60,113 bases of DNA from Octopus bimaculoides (GCF_001194135.2 NC_068989.1:28686029-28746141); one strand, 5' to 3'; positions 1 through 48,130 are shown, counted from the first letter of the stretch. Numbers and translations are program-made. The notes: a model not told the origin generated them from the sequence alone.

Positions 1-20
1 TATATATATATATATATATT

Positions 21-230
21 GTGGCTTTGTGTCTGTGTTTGTCCCCCACCAACACTTGATAAGCAGTGTTGGTGTGTTTACATTCACATAACTTAACAGT
101 TCAATAAAAGAGGCCAATAAAAAAAGGACGAAGTATAAAGAAAAAGAACTGATATCAATTTGTTCAATTAAATTTCTTCAAGGCGGTGCACCAGCATGGC
201 CACAGTCTGATGACTGAAAAATATAAAAGA
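21..230 (+). mobile_element. SINE 3' part (…ggcggtgcaccagcatggccacagtc…aaaaga tail)
   Basis: Follows a (TA)n tract; tail pattern recalled from octopus SINEs; not checked against a library. Confidence 0.5.
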
Positions 231-461
231 ACCACTATATTCCTTAGTTAAACTTTCAGCTAAGAGAGGTAACTCTAGTTCACCTACCTCAGTAATGCTA
301 TGACATTGAAACCTTTCACAGTCGCTTTACCTGCTAGAAATACCAAATCAAATGCTTTTAAATCAGATCCCAATACCAGATTTTCAAGAACCAAATGAAA
401 GGCAGATTTTCAATCCTAGGATCATCCTGATTCCAAAAAGGTATAATAAGTCTATGTAGAA

Positions 462-992
462 CAGAGGTGGGAAACTTTTTAGTGCAGCAAGCAAAAATTT
501 TGAAAGAAAAAGGTTCACAGGCAAATCACAATTTCTAACTCTTATATCTGTGTAAATCTTGTATATATCTATGTATAATTCGATATACATTAATAAAGAT
601 AAGTTTAACACATTAAATTAATGCATTAACCTCTTCATTAACGCCACCACTGAATTTAGGACATTTATATTACTTATGAGGTATTCTATATTTTTCAGCT
701 AGAGTGTAGTTGGGTCTCAAGCGGGTGGTATAAACCTAGCAATGGATGTTTTATAGTGAAAACAAAATTTCCATTCAAATGGCAATTACTGGATGATTTT
801 CTGTTCAAGTCTAACCATTTTAAATCATAGTGGAAATGTGACCTATGGTACAAATAGGCATACGAATATTGTATAAATTTTATAATTGAAAAATTTACTA
901 TATTTTGTACATATGAGTATACCAGCCTGCAGGCGCAATAGAATGGGCTCGCAGGCACAATTGCACCCACAGGTGGAGGTTTCCCACCCCTG
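462..992. mobile_element. Non-autonomous hAT (Charlie-like) element
   Basis: TIRs CAGAGGTGGGAAAC (462) and GTTTCCCACCCCTG (ending 992); 8-bp TSD ATGTAGAA / ATGTAGAG (7 of 8 match). Confidence 0.85.
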
Positions 993-1570
993 ATGTAGAG
1001 CAAATGTAGACTGAGATACAGACAGAATTTCACGTTTATTAATATAAAATAACAAAGGCAGCTATACGCAATATAAAACCAAAATGGAAAAATTCAATTG
1101 TCATTAATTGTGACTGAGGGTGCTGGGTAGCACCTATATTGCTAGAAATAAGACTTAAAACCCTCAGAGCCACAAGAAAGTATATTTTCATATATTGACA
1201 GGGGAGATAACTTCCCTGTAAGCAAAGCTAGATCACTAAACTAGATTCACTTGAAAAATGACAAGCTCATCAGTAGCGACTACTCTATCACCAAATGGTT
1301 TGGCTAAATCTGGACTGTCAGTACATATATTTAGCATATAAGTTTATGGCTGATTTAGCGAAATGCTAATGCGAAAATTATAAAATCATATTGCTGCTAT
1401 TCCAGTCAATGCAAAATCTTTAACTTCATTCCATTATAATTCTAATTCTCTCACTTTCTCTCAACTATATTTAACACCTCTGACTGCCATCCACTCCTTC
1501 TCCAGCTGTCATTTTAGTCTCCCTCCACCAGCATGACCCTGAACAAAAACATTTTATTATATGTGGCATA

Positions 1571-1790
1571 TATAAGGTGATAAGCTGACAGAATTGTTAG
1601 CAAACTAGGTAAAATGCTTAGCAGCATTTCATCAACCTTTTTCTGCATTCAAATTCCACCAAATTCTATTTTACCTTTCATCCTTTTGGGGTTGATGACG
1701 TAAGTACCAGTTAAACAGTTAAACACTGAGATTGATGTAATCAATAATCCCCACCCACCAAATTTCAAGCTATAGAAGAAACAGTTACAT
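1571..1790 (+). mobile_element. tRNA-derived SINE with Meta/MESC-like core
   Basis: Core acctttcatccttttggggttgat…aagtaccagtt is shared with many copies in the window; family name is from recall. Confidence 0.65.
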
Positions 1791-1795
1791 GTGGC

Positions 1796-1846
<51 letters not shown>

Positions 1847-1888
1847 CAATACATTTACAAAAACTGAATTACAAAAAATAGGTCAAAC

Positions 1889-35320
<33,432 letters not shown>

Positions 35321-36879
35321 CTGAAAGAGAAATAAAAATATCACTTTAAGACATGTCGATATATATATCAAGTAAGCAGCTACTATATCAGTTAAAAGTT
35401 AAAAAATAAAAATTAGGTTAGTGTTTAAAACATAAACTAATGTGAAATTTTAAAATAAGGTTTCACTGTGAATCACTTGAGACCAGAATAAAGACAGTGT
35501 ATTTTAATGGAAATATAGTAACAAAAGGGTTAAAGAAAGCTGCTCAGTTTCAGGAGATTCCAGCCAATTTTTCTAACTGTAAAGATCAGAAAGAAAATGG
35601 AAAGGTAAATCCCCTGCTACATAATGTTCTGGTTTGTGACCATATACTCCCAACTCATCAAGTTTATACATTGTGCCTCACATCCTTCACAAAAGAACTT
35701 TGAAAGATCAGTATAGATAAAAATGGTTATTGTGTTATATTCCTCACAAAATACTTTAATGTTGAATTATACTTGTTATCAGAAGAGCATAATGTGCTGC
35801 AGTGCTTGAAAACACCTCGCAGAGATTATGGCAATAGACACTTGTATAACATAAGCATCACTCTCTATTAGCTACTATGTCCCAGTGACAAGAAAAGATG
35901 AAAATGACTAGTGGGAAGGTTTTATATTAGACTGTCCTTCTCCTAGTCTAAGCCAACCAAAGTAGTGTGGGTTTAAAATTCAATCTACTAGATCAATGCT
36001 CTGGCTACAACTAAGAGTCCATCACTCCCAAGTATTTTTATAGCATGCTCATTTATCATCTTGAGTAAGTTCTCTTTTGTTGCTAGATATTCATTAACAC
36101 TGCTGGTTTTATAAGCCCTCGATAAGCTTTGTATTCCTTGTACTAGGTTTCAAGCAATACGCCTTATTAGCATTCCTAATGGCTGAAGTAAGTTTAGTAG
36201 ATAATGACATGGATCTGCATCCAAAGAACTTGTGTCAGCTGCTGATGGTGGTGCAGCGTCTGCTGTGGCTGTAGAGACCCACAGTGCAGAGGATTGGGAC
36301 AAATACTGTGAGGTATTTTACCCAGTGCTCCAATGGCTCTGCCAGTTCACAACCTTTTGGTACCATACTTTTGAGTAGTGTTGGACCCTTAGATAGTGTT
36401 ATACTTGAGTATGGATAAACAAAAAATGATGGGAGAGAATTGCATAATGTTTGAAATCACATTGTACTTGAGCAAATAATAATTCATGGTATAGATGGTC
36501 TGACCTGAAAATATTAAAGGAAGATGATAATAGTCAGTCTCCAGCTAACAACTGCTTAACTGTTTAACTATCTGACGTGTAATTGTGATATAGATGAAAC
36601 TTGTGGAACATTTTTGCTGTGACATCATGTGATAGAAATTATTGGGTGAATATCTCTGAATATATAATCTTTTGAATTTTATCATCAATAATAAAGTGTT
36701 GTTGCAATTTATTTTTTAAATCGAGTAATGAGACAAATAGGCAGGACCATTGCAGACTCTGACTTATGAGATTAATGCAGTATTTATCAGTTTGAACTTG
36801 TGTAGGTTAACACTTACTAGAACAAGAGGGCTGTGCAGAGAATTTCAGAAGGTTGCAGCTCTGAGGAGGAATAACTGGG

Positions 36880-37100
36880 GGAAGGAAGAGTATTATAGAG
36901 TCTATTATTGTCTTGCTAGTCAAGCAAAATACTTAGCAGCATTACTTCTAACTCTTTATGTTCTAGGTTCAAATTTGCTGAGGTTGACTTTGTCTTCTTT
37001 CTTTTTGGGGTCACTAAGATAAATACCAGTTGAACACTGATTTCAATGTAATTGACCTACACCCTCCCTTAAAATTGCAGGCCTTGTATCAAAATTTGAA
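36880..37100 (+). mobile_element. Meta-like SINE
   Basis: Core …ttcaaatttgctgaggttgactttg…ggggtcactaagataaataccagttgaacactg. Confidence 0.7.
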
Positions 37101-37131
37101 GCAATTATTGTCATACAAATTAGATATTTAA

Positions 37132-37353
37132 CCCTTTTGATACCAACCCAGCTGAAACCACCTCTGGCTCTGTAGTACAAATGTATTGTTTTCAAAAGTT
37201 CTGAATTAAAATCTTCCACCAAACCTTAGTCACAATTTTTGTTCCTAACACTAGCTTAATGATAACTAAGTTATTTTACTAAATTCTTTGTTATTTTAAA
37301 AAATAATTGAAAGAAACACAGAGCATCTCAACAGAAATATGGTAGTGAAAGGA
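37132..37353. mobile_element. piggyBac-type MITE (222 bp)
   Basis: TTAA|CCCTTTTGATACC … GGTAGTGAAAGGA|TTAA; a related right end is at 35511-35533. Confidence 0.75.
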
Positions 37354-39159
37354 TTAATGAAGGAAAGGGAAGACATGTACATTAGTTAGGCCTCAAAGGC
37401 TCTTGTATGCTGAGGTCATTGTAGTTTCAGTAGAAGAGGCAGAAAGAAGAGACAGTACATCTGTGAGTTAGAGGTAGTTAATTGGTGAAGGACTCTTTGC
37501 TAATTATCCCATGTCATCTTTGAGACATTGTCTGAGATGTTCCTTTCTTTTTTTACTTTTATAAATGATTATGTCTGAAGAGAAGAATTGTGCCCATGGT
37601 TGTTGAAGGCCTTCTAAAGTTTATGAGATTGACATGGTTATTCTTGAATAATTACAAATTGATGGCTGCAAGAAAAATTGAGCTGGTGGAGATTTCCAGA
37701 GAAGCAGCATTCTGGGGAAAAAAGACTGGGAAAAAGTGTTGATGCAAGACCTGGTATGAATGAGTAGCTACTGTAAGAGTGACATGAGGAGGGGAGACAA
37801 GTAAAGATAAGTGAGTCAAGTGGAATTAAATGGAAGTGACAGAAGATCAGCCAGTTCTGAAGAAGAGACTGTGAGGAGACAGCATATCTGTGGTCAAGAG
37901 GTTGACGGTTATGTGAATAAGATAAAGCACAGTCCCAGATGTGTGGACCAGGACTCTAATTCTAGTTGGAGATGGCATTCTTTGAAACAATTTCATATCT
38001 ATTCTCCCCTGTCAACTTCATAAAAAGTAATTTCTATTTAATAATAGCTGATATAAATATTGGTTGGTTGATTGGTTAATTTCTCCAGTAATGTTTTACA
38101 TCATATGTAAAGCATGACTGGAGTAAAAGAGAGATACAGAGAGAGTTAATAAGAAAGGTGCAGGATGAGTGCATACCCAAGGCTTGGTGGCAGGCAATGA
38201 TAACTTTCTGAAAAATACAAGTATTTTGATGAAATTTTTCAGAAATAAGAGGAGATGTTGATAAAATTTAGAGAAGTAATGACATATATTCATTGTGATT
38301 ATACAAATGGGAAATTTGTTTTATTGGATTTTATATTAAAGTAATAAATATTTTTCTTTAAAAAAAATAGTTTTCATATCATCATTTTGCATAAGCACCA
38401 AGAAATTTGATGAAAGTTACATTATAATGATTATGTGTATGCCATATTTGCTGATGTTAACCCTTGGTGGAAAAGACAGACTTTTAGAGTTACTCATCAT
38501 AAGGCAGGTAACTCTTTAGTTGAATAAGAATTTAAAGAAAAAATGTAAATCGTTGTTTTAATGCAAGTATGTTTTCCATGCTTGCATGAGTCAAGCAGAG
38601 TTTATTGAGGCAAATTTTCTATGGCTGAATGTCCTTCCTATCACTAAATCTTACCTGTTTCCAAGTAAGATAATATTTCCCCGTAACCAGATATGTTTCC
38701 GCAGAATAGTGGAAACATGACATTCATTTACAACAGACATGTGATGTCAAGACATAGACACAAACACACATACAAATACATTAGATCTTAGTGACGGCAG
38801 CAGTATTTGCACTGAATGGAAATCTTCATATCCTAATTAATGTGGATGTATGGTAAGAATGTTGTAATGCTGTGGTAGTCATCTTGAAGAAGTATCTTTA
38901 GTGCTTAAAAGCTGAACTCACGTGTGTCTGCTTTTAAGCACTCAAGATCTGTATGAGATGTTTTCTCAAGACAAATACTGCAGAATTACAGTGTTCTTAC
39001 AATACATCAATGTTAAGTAGCATATATATATCTATATATATGATGAACTCTCCAGTCAAAGATATTTAGTGTTCAGTAAGAAGACAGAAAAAAGAAAACC
39101 CAAATAGACAATCAATAACACTCACATTACTATTACTACAATGTTTATAATTCATTCAC

Positions 39160-39480
39160 TTCATCTAGTGACTCCTCAGGCCACCAAATATAATATGGAT
39201 ATGAGCATGGTTTATGAAACCAGCATGTGATTTAGCTGAGAAGCCACAATGTGAACATTGGTGGTTTGTAGGAAGACTGTTGTTCTGTTGTTTTGTTTTC
39301 CTATTTTCCCCGTAACTGCTCTTGAAGTATTCTTTGAGTTTCAAAATTCTGAAGCTGTAGAAATTGCTCTCCGGTTGCATGGTTTCTTAAAAAATTCTGA
39401 AAGTTTTCTTTCCTAATATTCAGATGTTTCAAATTATCTTTGAATTTGTCCTTATATTGTAGAAGTGGCTGGCCTACATT
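39160..39480 (-). mobile_element. LINE 3' end with C2H2-like finger (RTE-like)
   Basis: HQCSHCGFSAKSHAGFINHAHIH. Confidence 0.5.
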
Positions 39481-39529
39481 GCATCATGAATTTACAAGAT
39501 GACTATAAAACATTTGTATACACACACAC

Positions 39530-39670
39530 ACATGATGGGTTTCTTTCAGCTTCCTTCTACTAAATCCATTCACAAGGCTTTGGTTGGCTTGAGGACTTGA
39601 GTAGAAGATGCTTGCTGGAGTTGTGCTACACTGTGGAACTGAACCTGAAACCATGTGGTTGGGAACCATT
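39530..39670 (-). mobile_element. tRNA-derived SINE (same family as 52085-52240)
   Basis: …cacaaggctttggttggc…tagaagatgcttgc…ggaactgaacctgaaaccatgtggttgg. Confidence 0.75.
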
Positions 39671-39998
39671 CATATAAATATTTGGAACAATGCTTTAAGC
39701 TTGGTGCTGTCTATCTAATTCAGCCAAACAAACAATAGGACTATCTAATATTCCTTATCAATAGCCAGCTTAGTATAGATGTATTTCAGGTCAGCTGTAA
39801 TTCAGTGGGGCAAAATGCTTTTTTTTCTTTCTTTCTTTCTTTCTTTCTTTTCTTTTTTTTTTTTTTTTTTTTACATCTGCAGAATGAACTGAGCAAGTAG
39901 GCTAATGTATGTGTCCTGCCTAAGGTCAAATGGAAGAGAGAGAGAGATCTGTAGTTGATTTTGCTTGTTTTTGGCTTTTATTATTATCATCATCATTG

Positions 39999-40033
<35 letters not shown>

Positions 40034-40429
40034 GTTGTTGTTATTATTTAGTATTTAATTTGTGTTAGGGGAGATCTAAAATGTTCACTTTGCACTTCTT
40101 TTGTTGAGTATTTAAATATTCTATTAAATATCTGCTAATGAGGATTATCTGTGAATAATAGATGGTTATTTGCATGGGTTAAATAAGAGACAGCAATCAT
40201 TCTACCAGCTTTACAGAGGTCACAGAGAGAGAGAAGTGTTGTTACTGTTATTTATTATTTCTGAGTTCATTGACTTTTGGTTATCTGCGATTTAAAACTG
40301 TTTTTTCATGTGAAGGGGCTGCAATACTCCACTCTCCAACCTAGTGGCTGAGTTGCCTGTGAGAACTGAAAACAGAGCAAATTGTCATGTTTCATAAAAT
40401 AATACACATATGTATAATAATAATAAAAA

Positions 40430-40635
40430 TAATATTGGTTGCCAGTGCTCCCTGACTGGCTTCCATGCCAGTGGCACGTAAAAAGCACCCACTACATTCT
40501 TGGAGTGGTTGGCATTAGGAAGGGTATCCAGCTGTAGAAACTTGCCAGATCAGATTGGAGCCTGGTGTAGCCTACTGGCTTGCCAATCCTCAGTCAAACC
40601 ATCCAACCCATGCTAGCATGGAAAGCAGATGTTAA

Positions 40636-40686
<51 letters not shown>

Positions 40687-40710
40687 ATGATGATGATGAT
40701 GATGATGATA
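40430..40710 (+). mobile_element. RTE-tail repeat with long (GAT)n
   Basis: Same tail family as 12738 and 45725. Confidence 0.85.
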
Positions 40711-41229
40711 TGCATGAATTACAAAGTAACACTTGGAGAAAGAGAACATAATTGTTAGTGAAGACAAATAATTTTTCAGTGAAGTTGAGAGATTAAAATT
40801 GTCTTATATGTAAAACTGAAAAAAAAACAACTTCCAGCTGCAATAAGCCAAATGTCCCACAAAGAGTTAAATTTCAGGTTCTTTCAATATGCTTTTCTAG
40901 AAACTTCTTGAATGTGCTAGTGACAATTTTGGGGGTAAAAATTAAACTTTTTCTTTGGACTAGCACATCTACTACAAAATAATGTCAGAATGGCTTTACT
41001 AAATATCACCAAATATAGTATTGTTGTTTACCAACAACAACCATCTTCAAATTATACTGCTAAATATAGAAATGCTGTTTGCCAACCATCTTAGCTTTAG
41101 AACTGAAATATTCAGCCTCAGATCTCAAAGAAAGCTAACTACACACACATTTGAAATAAGCATTATCATATGGATGAAACAGCTGCATCAAGAAGTAATA
41201 ATTTCTAATAGTGGAGGAAACCTGTGTAA

Positions 41230-41620
41230 GGGTTAGACCAAGGATGACATAGAACAAAGGGGTGAGAAAGGATCCTCAGACGTTGGGCCTTACAGAGATG
41301 ACAAGGCACCAAGACTTCTGGTGGTTTGTTGTGCTTGAGAAGACAAATCAAGCTAAGTAAAATTGTGCCTTTCCATACATACAGGCATGTTCTCTACATC
41401 CCTCTCTCAGCCAAGAGATTTTAGTCTTGCAGGTTTATGGGTGCTGGTGCAATGTAAAAGCAGCTGTGCCGGTGCTGCATAACAGTGCTCATGCTGGTGC
41501 TACAAAACGGCACCTGTGCCAAAACCATGTTAGAGTGCTCATGCTGGTGCCATGTAAAAGCACCCAGTATACTCTGTAAAGTGGTATTAAAAGATGATGA
41601 TGATGATGATGATGATGAAT
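41230..41620 (+). mobile_element. RTE 3' end with (GAT)n tail
   Basis: KGRPRMT-like ORF end followed by the 3' UTR. Confidence 0.6.
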
Positions 41621-41659
41621 ACATACATATATAAAAATTTTATTAAACAACATATTGCA

Positions 41660-41930
41660 AACTATTAATATACTTTTAGAAACAGTAATAAGTTATGTAG
41701 TACCAGTTTAAGTAAATATATATGGAAGTTAAAGAATAATAATAAATTATATAACCTTAAATAGCAAATACTTAGTCATGCTAGATCTTATAAAGTTGCT
41801 GATGATAGATGTAACTTATGTGTGGAGGAAATATATCAAACTTTAACATCAAAAAAGAAACTTCTTAACAACAGACAAGAACATGTTTTATCTTGTAAAC
41901 ACTCTTCAAAATATGTGTCTAGAAAATATA
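41660..41930 (+). mobile_element. Penelope GIY-YIG C-terminal remnant
   Basis: QILSHARSYKVADDRCNLCVEEIY…LLNNRQEHVLSCKH. Confidence 0.65.
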
Positions 41931-42031
41931 ATTGAATTGAATCGATTATTTGGAGGATTATTGGGTATTAAAGTATAAACTATTTTAGATAATTAAATGT
42001 CATATTGTTATATAATCTTTAGAATGTTTAC

Positions 42032-42067
<36 letters not shown>

Positions 42068-42352
42068 ATACATGTAGATATATGCATATATGTAGATATA
42101 TGCATGTATGTGTATATGTATATATATGTATATATCTTGCTTTAGATTTGTTATTTAGATAGATAGATGGATGTTAGGATCCACAATGAGCAGAACTTAC
42201 TTGCAGGTATTGGTAGTGCAAATCAGAGGTGCAATCTGTGTGGGTGTTTTTTCAAAACACTGTCTAGTTTAAAAAGCCACATAAGACGCCATGAAAGGGC
42301 TAAGGTGTAGGTGCAGGAGGTGGTCAAACTCTGTTTAAGGAGTAGACAACCA

Positions 42353-42392
<40 letters not shown>

Positions 42393-43299
42393 NNNNNNNN
42401 NNNNNNNNNNNNNNNNNNNNNNNNNNNNNNNNNNNNNNNNNNNNNNNNNNNNNNNNNNNNNNNNNNNNNNNNNNNNNNNNNNNNNNNNNNNNNNNNNNNN
42501 NNNNNNNNNNNNNNNNNNNNNNNNNNNNNNNNNNNNNNTATATATATACTATTATTATTATCATTATTATTATTATTATTATTTAGTAAATTGATTAGAA
42601 TTATTTATTTACTATCAATATTTTATCAATATAATACTAAAGATTTATTAATCTAAAATTGATACAAGACAATGTCTGCAAGTTGATGAATACCACCTAT
42701 TCCCCTCCATTTTCTTATAGCTATTTATATATATATATATATATTGATATATATTGATATCTGTATATATGTATCTGTTAACTTATTTTTGTTAATTATT
42801 TGTAATTTTTTTTTACATATTTGGGTAAATGAATACTGATATGTATTATGTATTCTTATGTGTATATATGCATATATATATGTGTGTATGTATGTATTTA
42901 TGTGTATATGTGTGTATATATGTGTGTATATGCATCTATGTATGCATGTATGTGTCTAGGTATTTTATATATATATATGTATATGTGTGTGTGTGTATTA
43001 TAAGCATTACGATATGTTATATTCCTCTAATAAACGAAGTAATTATGATAATGATACTGAAGTCCTTAGGAAGTTTTAAAGTTATGTTATTTTATATTGA
43101 ATGATCTTAAATGTAATTATATTAATTTAAATTAGAATTTAAAGTAGAACCTGTTCTAAATATTATACATTTCTAGTATTATATTATTCCTTCATAAGTA
43201 TCAATGCATTAAATTATAAATATATTGATTTAAAGTGAATCATTTCCCCTGAAAGATAAGAAATTTTTATTTATTTATGTAAAAGTATAGATAAAAATT

Positions 43300-43985
43300 A
43301 TTCTTACATAAATAATTTTTATTGTACATCATATTAAAAACATACTTCGTAAATTACTTCTGTGTAATTATGTCCCTTTTATTCTTCCATAAATATAAAT
43401 GCATATAAACATTACAATGAGATTTTTTCCTCTAAAGAACCAAGTAATTTCAATTTTAGCATTATTTTTCTTAGTATGGAAATGAATAATTATCAAAAGG
43501 ACATTTACGAAGTCCTTATGATTATATTTTTTTGGATAATTCAGCATTTATTTAATTTCTATAATAATTATGTTATGATAATATTTTTTAGAAAGTTTCT
43601 TTCTTATATAAACTATGTAATTTTTAATTACTAATCTTTGATTATTTTTAACAATTTGTAATTTTTAATTTGAGATATTTTGGAGGTAAAGAAGACCATC
43701 ATTGTGATATAATCCACTGAGGATATATGGGAATTGGTCAGCTATTTCAGATAGAATATAAATACTGACTAGGTCAGAAACTTGGGCAGAGTCGCTAGCT
43801 CCCATTGTTATATCAAAGCAACCAGGTCTATCTTTTCGAACTCAAAATTTATTATCAAATTTGATAATTGATTTTTTAGCTGCTAAAACAACATTAATTT
43901 CATCTTGAGTGAGGCCAGTTTTATTATGTGCAAACCATAGGGCTTTATTAAGGATGATGGAATTAATAGAGGAATAATAACTACA
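43300..43985 (-). mobile_element. Penelope RT remnant
   Basis: YYSSINSIILNKAL…FDITMGASDSAQVSDLVSIYIL…GLYHNDGL. Confidence 0.75.
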
Positions 43986-44178
43986 AATATCAAACTGGAT
44001 AAATTTAGTGTTTGTTATCAATAGAGTTGAACCAGTCTACTACCTGGAATGAATTAGACCATAAATTAAGTTTAAGTTTTTTCATTAAATAAGGAATGTA
44101 TTTATATATTAACAGAGCAAACATACACAGAGTACATAGATAAAGAGAATTAAAGGGGAGAAGGTATGTTGTTACAGG

Positions 44179-44300
44179 TCCGACAGCTGTTTCTGGGGGC
44201 TCAAAGCTACTGTATAATGTTTGCAGATGTAGTTTGAAAAAATATGCAACCAGTAATGGAAGCATATAAACATTGGCTAGATCCAGCCTGTCTTCAGGAT
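44179..44300 (-). ncRNA. Degenerate long-stem-II hammerhead candidate
   Basis: ATC-CTGAAGA…~95 nt…GAAA-CAGCTG-TC-GGA, with palindromic stem III and GUC site; stems I and II are weak. Confidence 0.45.
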
Positions 44301-44566
44301 GGAAACACAAAAATCTAACATTTAAAATCAAGTTTACCTTCTTCTTCATCCATTCTACCTTTAACCTTTAGCACACAGGTTTGCCCCCCACCCCACCCCA
44401 AAGATTAGATAATGTCATCTTAGACAGAACTAACCAAATTCTATAGCCTAAGGAGGCTGTTGGTGCTTAGAAAGAGACCAGTGTCCTCTGCCCATCTTTC
44501 CCAGTCCTCAGTCAAACCAGGGGCCAACAAAGCCAATATAGCATTTGAGTTTAGATGCACTATCAT

Positions 44567-44599
<33 letters not shown>

Positions 44600-45724
44600 G
44601 TGGTGCCTGTCTTCTCTGGTGTGGTTGATCTTTGTAAAAGACTCTTCTGTCCTTTGATGCTTTGTGTTTTTTAATCTTGATAAGTAGACACAATCTTCTT
44701 CACCCAGTAAACTAGGTGGAGTAAGTTTAGTCATCAAGCCCCTAGCCTCAAGACAGTTTGTCCTGGATTACATGGTTGTTGTTACTATTGTTTAGTTCCT
44801 GATCAGTCCTGATTGTGCAGGCCTGTGACTGAAAGCGTACCACATAGGATATTAACCCTTTAATGCAAGAAGAAAGGGCAATGCTCATAGTCTAAAATGG
44901 AATATTTATATTTTCAGCTATTGTTAGGACAAAATGTTTCCAGGCATAACCATAGTATTGATTTATTTTTCACAGATAATGTCTCTAAGTCCATATCATC
45001 AAATATGTTGAGGGTGATTTGGCTTCTATTTCTAGTAAGTGGTCTGGTTTCCTCATTACTCAGCTGTTTGATTAAGATGCTGTATTGGAATGCCATGTTG
45101 CCCCCACCACCACCACCACAAACAGGACACAAACTAACTATCAATAAGTTGGTAATGTTGTTCAACATTATATAGCAATAAGAAAAATATAGCTGATGTA
45201 ACATTGGTCTTTATCATACAGTCTACCTTTCACCCTGAGTGAAAGGCACTTTGTTACCAACAGAGATTGGAGCTCTCTGAACTTTGTCCAGGCTATTCTT
45301 TATCTATTTGAAAGCAGAGAAAATTCTGAAAATACAATCTACATAACAATGGTTTTTATCAGATTAGAAACAGAAATAATACTGAAAATAAACTTGACAT
45401 ACTATTAAGTTGACAAAGATGAAAGTGAAAATATAATTTACAAAGCATTGATCTGATTGCTTTGGAAACAAAGATAAAGGTGAAGTGACACTGGTCTTAT
45501 CTGTACAAAAGTAGAGACAAGATTGAAAAAGAAAAAAGTCAATATATATTGCAAACATATCAATGGGCTTGAAGAAATAATCTGGTTTATCAAAACACAA
45601 TATATAATTTTGTTGTTTAAATGCTTATTTCTCATACATACTGAGCAAAAGTGAATTTTCTCATTTGCAAGTATCTTAATGCTATGCCACATCGTAATAA
45701 TCCTTATTATTATTATTGATATTA

Positions 45725-47345
45725 TATACTCCAGGAAACTTATATCATCATCATCATCATTTAACATCTGCTTTCCATGCTGGCATGGGTTGGATGGTTT
45801 GACTGAATGCTGGCAAACCAGGAGGTTGCACCAGACTCCAATCTGATCTGGCAAGTTTCCTACAGCTGGATACCTTTCCTAACACCAACCACTCCAAGAG
45901 TGTAGTGGGTGCTTTTTATGTGCCACCAGTACAGGGGCCAGTCAGACAGCACTGCATCGACCACGCTTGAATAGTGCTCTTTACGTGCCACTAGCACTAG
46001 TGCCAATCAGGCGGCACTGGCATCAGCCACGACTACAATTTCACTTGACTCAACAGGTTTTCTCAAGCACAGCATATCACTCAACGATTGAAGGGTACTT
46101 TTAAATGGGCCAGTTCTGTGACACTGGTATTGGCTGTGGCTATGATCTCACTTGATCTCAGTCATTTGTCATTGCCTCTGTGAGGCCCAATGTTTGAAGG
46201 TCGTTCTTCACCACCTCATCCCATGTCTTCCTTGGTCTACCTCTTCCACAGGTTCCTTCCACTGTTAGGGTGTAACACTTCTTCACACAACTGTGCTCAT
46301 CCATATGCAACACATGACCATACCAGCAGAGTTGTCTCTCTTGCACACCACATCTGATGCTTCTTATGCCCAACTTTTCTGTTAGGGGCACTTACACTCT
46401 GTCATGTATGCACACTGATATTACATATCCAGTGGAGCATACTAGATTCATTTCTTTCAAGCCTATGCATGTCCTCAGCAGTCAATGGTCTATGTTTCAC
46501 TGCCGTGTAGCATGGCTGTTCACACACATGCATCATACAGTCTACCTTTAACTCTGAGTGAAAGACCCTTTGTTACCAACAGAGGTAGGAGCTCTCTGAA
46601 CTTTGTTGAGGCTATTCTTATTCTAGCAGCTGTGCTCTCAGAGCATCCACCCCCACAAATGACTTGGTCACCTAGGTAGCAGAAGCTATCAACTACTTCT
46701 ATTTTCTCCCCCTGGCATGTGATGGAAGCTGTTTTCTGCACATTTTCAGTGTTTATTGCCCCTGTGCATCTGCCACACACAAAAACTGTCTTCCCAGTTA
46801 ACCTTCCCTTGATATTGCTGCACCTCTTATGTGTCCATAGCTTACAACAGGTACAACTTATAGGAGTTTCTACCTACCCCTTTTCTATAGATCGAGCAGG
46901 GCCATCTACCCGAAGGGATTTGTGATTTCTCTACCTTCCTACTTACCAAGACTTTAGTTCTTGCTAGATTGATGCTAAGGCCCTTTGATTTCTAGACCTT
47001 GCTTCCACACCTGAAACTTCTTCTCTAGTTCTGGTAGTGATTCAGCTATTAGAGCAAGGTCATCAGCATAGAGGAGCTCCCAGGAGCAGCCTGTTTTGAA
47101 TTCCTCTGTTATTGGCTTTCATCACTTGATCCAATATTTTGATACCTCTGTAATTATTCTTATCTAATGCATCACTTTTACTTTTGTAGCAGTTGACTAT
47201 GGTGCTGCTACACCTGTCATTGGGTATGACTCCATCATGTATCACTTCGTTGACTATACAGGTGACTAGACTATAGCCTACACCACCAAATATTTTAAGC
47301 AGTGATTCTTGATGGGCCGGGAGCTTTTCCTGTCTTCATACCCTT
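45725..47345 (-). mobile_element. RTE LINE 3' portion with internal deletion and (GAT)n tail
   Basis: NYRGIK, VDSFCYLG, LSLRVKGRLYDACV, LCWYGHV…GRGRPRKTW. Confidence 0.9.
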
Positions 47346-47925
47346 AAGGTAATATATTTAGAATTATCCAACAGAATATATCTCTAAATTTTTATCTTAT
47401 CAGAATTATTATAGGATTTATATGTTAGCCATTGAATAACCTATTTTGAATACCTAACTGGGAGCAAACTAGAAAAATTTGGAGAAATCCCTTACTAATT
47501 ACCTACATATTTATATATATATGAGAGATATATGTGTTGAGCAATAATTCGAATATAATTATTTACAATATGTATTTTGAATCCACTTTTCAATTTAAGG
47601 TTTTCTTTGATTTTTCTAAAAATAGGATGAATCTATATTGAATTCATTTGTCTTGTTTATTTTGTTCATTGCATACCTAAGACCGTTATTTGAAACGACC
47701 AATAAAACAGATCCATGTTTTTTGATTTATATTAGGTTTGATTGCATTGTCATTTCTCTCCCATTTTTAACAAAACTGTCCAATGAACAGGAACGTGAAA
47801 CTCTGAGTAACAGCTTTTTTTATATTTCTGCTGTTCTTAAATAAAGNNNNNNNNNNNNNNNNNNNNNNNNNNNNNNNNNNNNNNNNNNNNNNNNNNNNNN
47901 NNNNNNNNNNNNNNNTATATATATA

Positions 47926-48052
47926 CTTTTGCTGTCTTCGGCCATTCATTTGTGTCATTACTATTTCCCTGGTGTTCATTCTTTTGGTCATGTCCCCTTG
48001 AGTGAACGGACACACTGTGTGCATATATATATATACACACACACACATATAT

Positions 48053-48130
<78 letters not shown>

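Noticed and set aside
1-1888. Next NAGLU exon (expected to lead to the W.MQGW.F motif)
   Set aside because: No matching reading with splice sites found; it probably lies outside the window.
38177-38293. Candidate NAGLU ATG exon (MNICHYF…TKPW|gtatgc, phase 0)
   Set aside because: The phase fits, but it is AT-rich, a poor signal-peptide start, and has no homology support.
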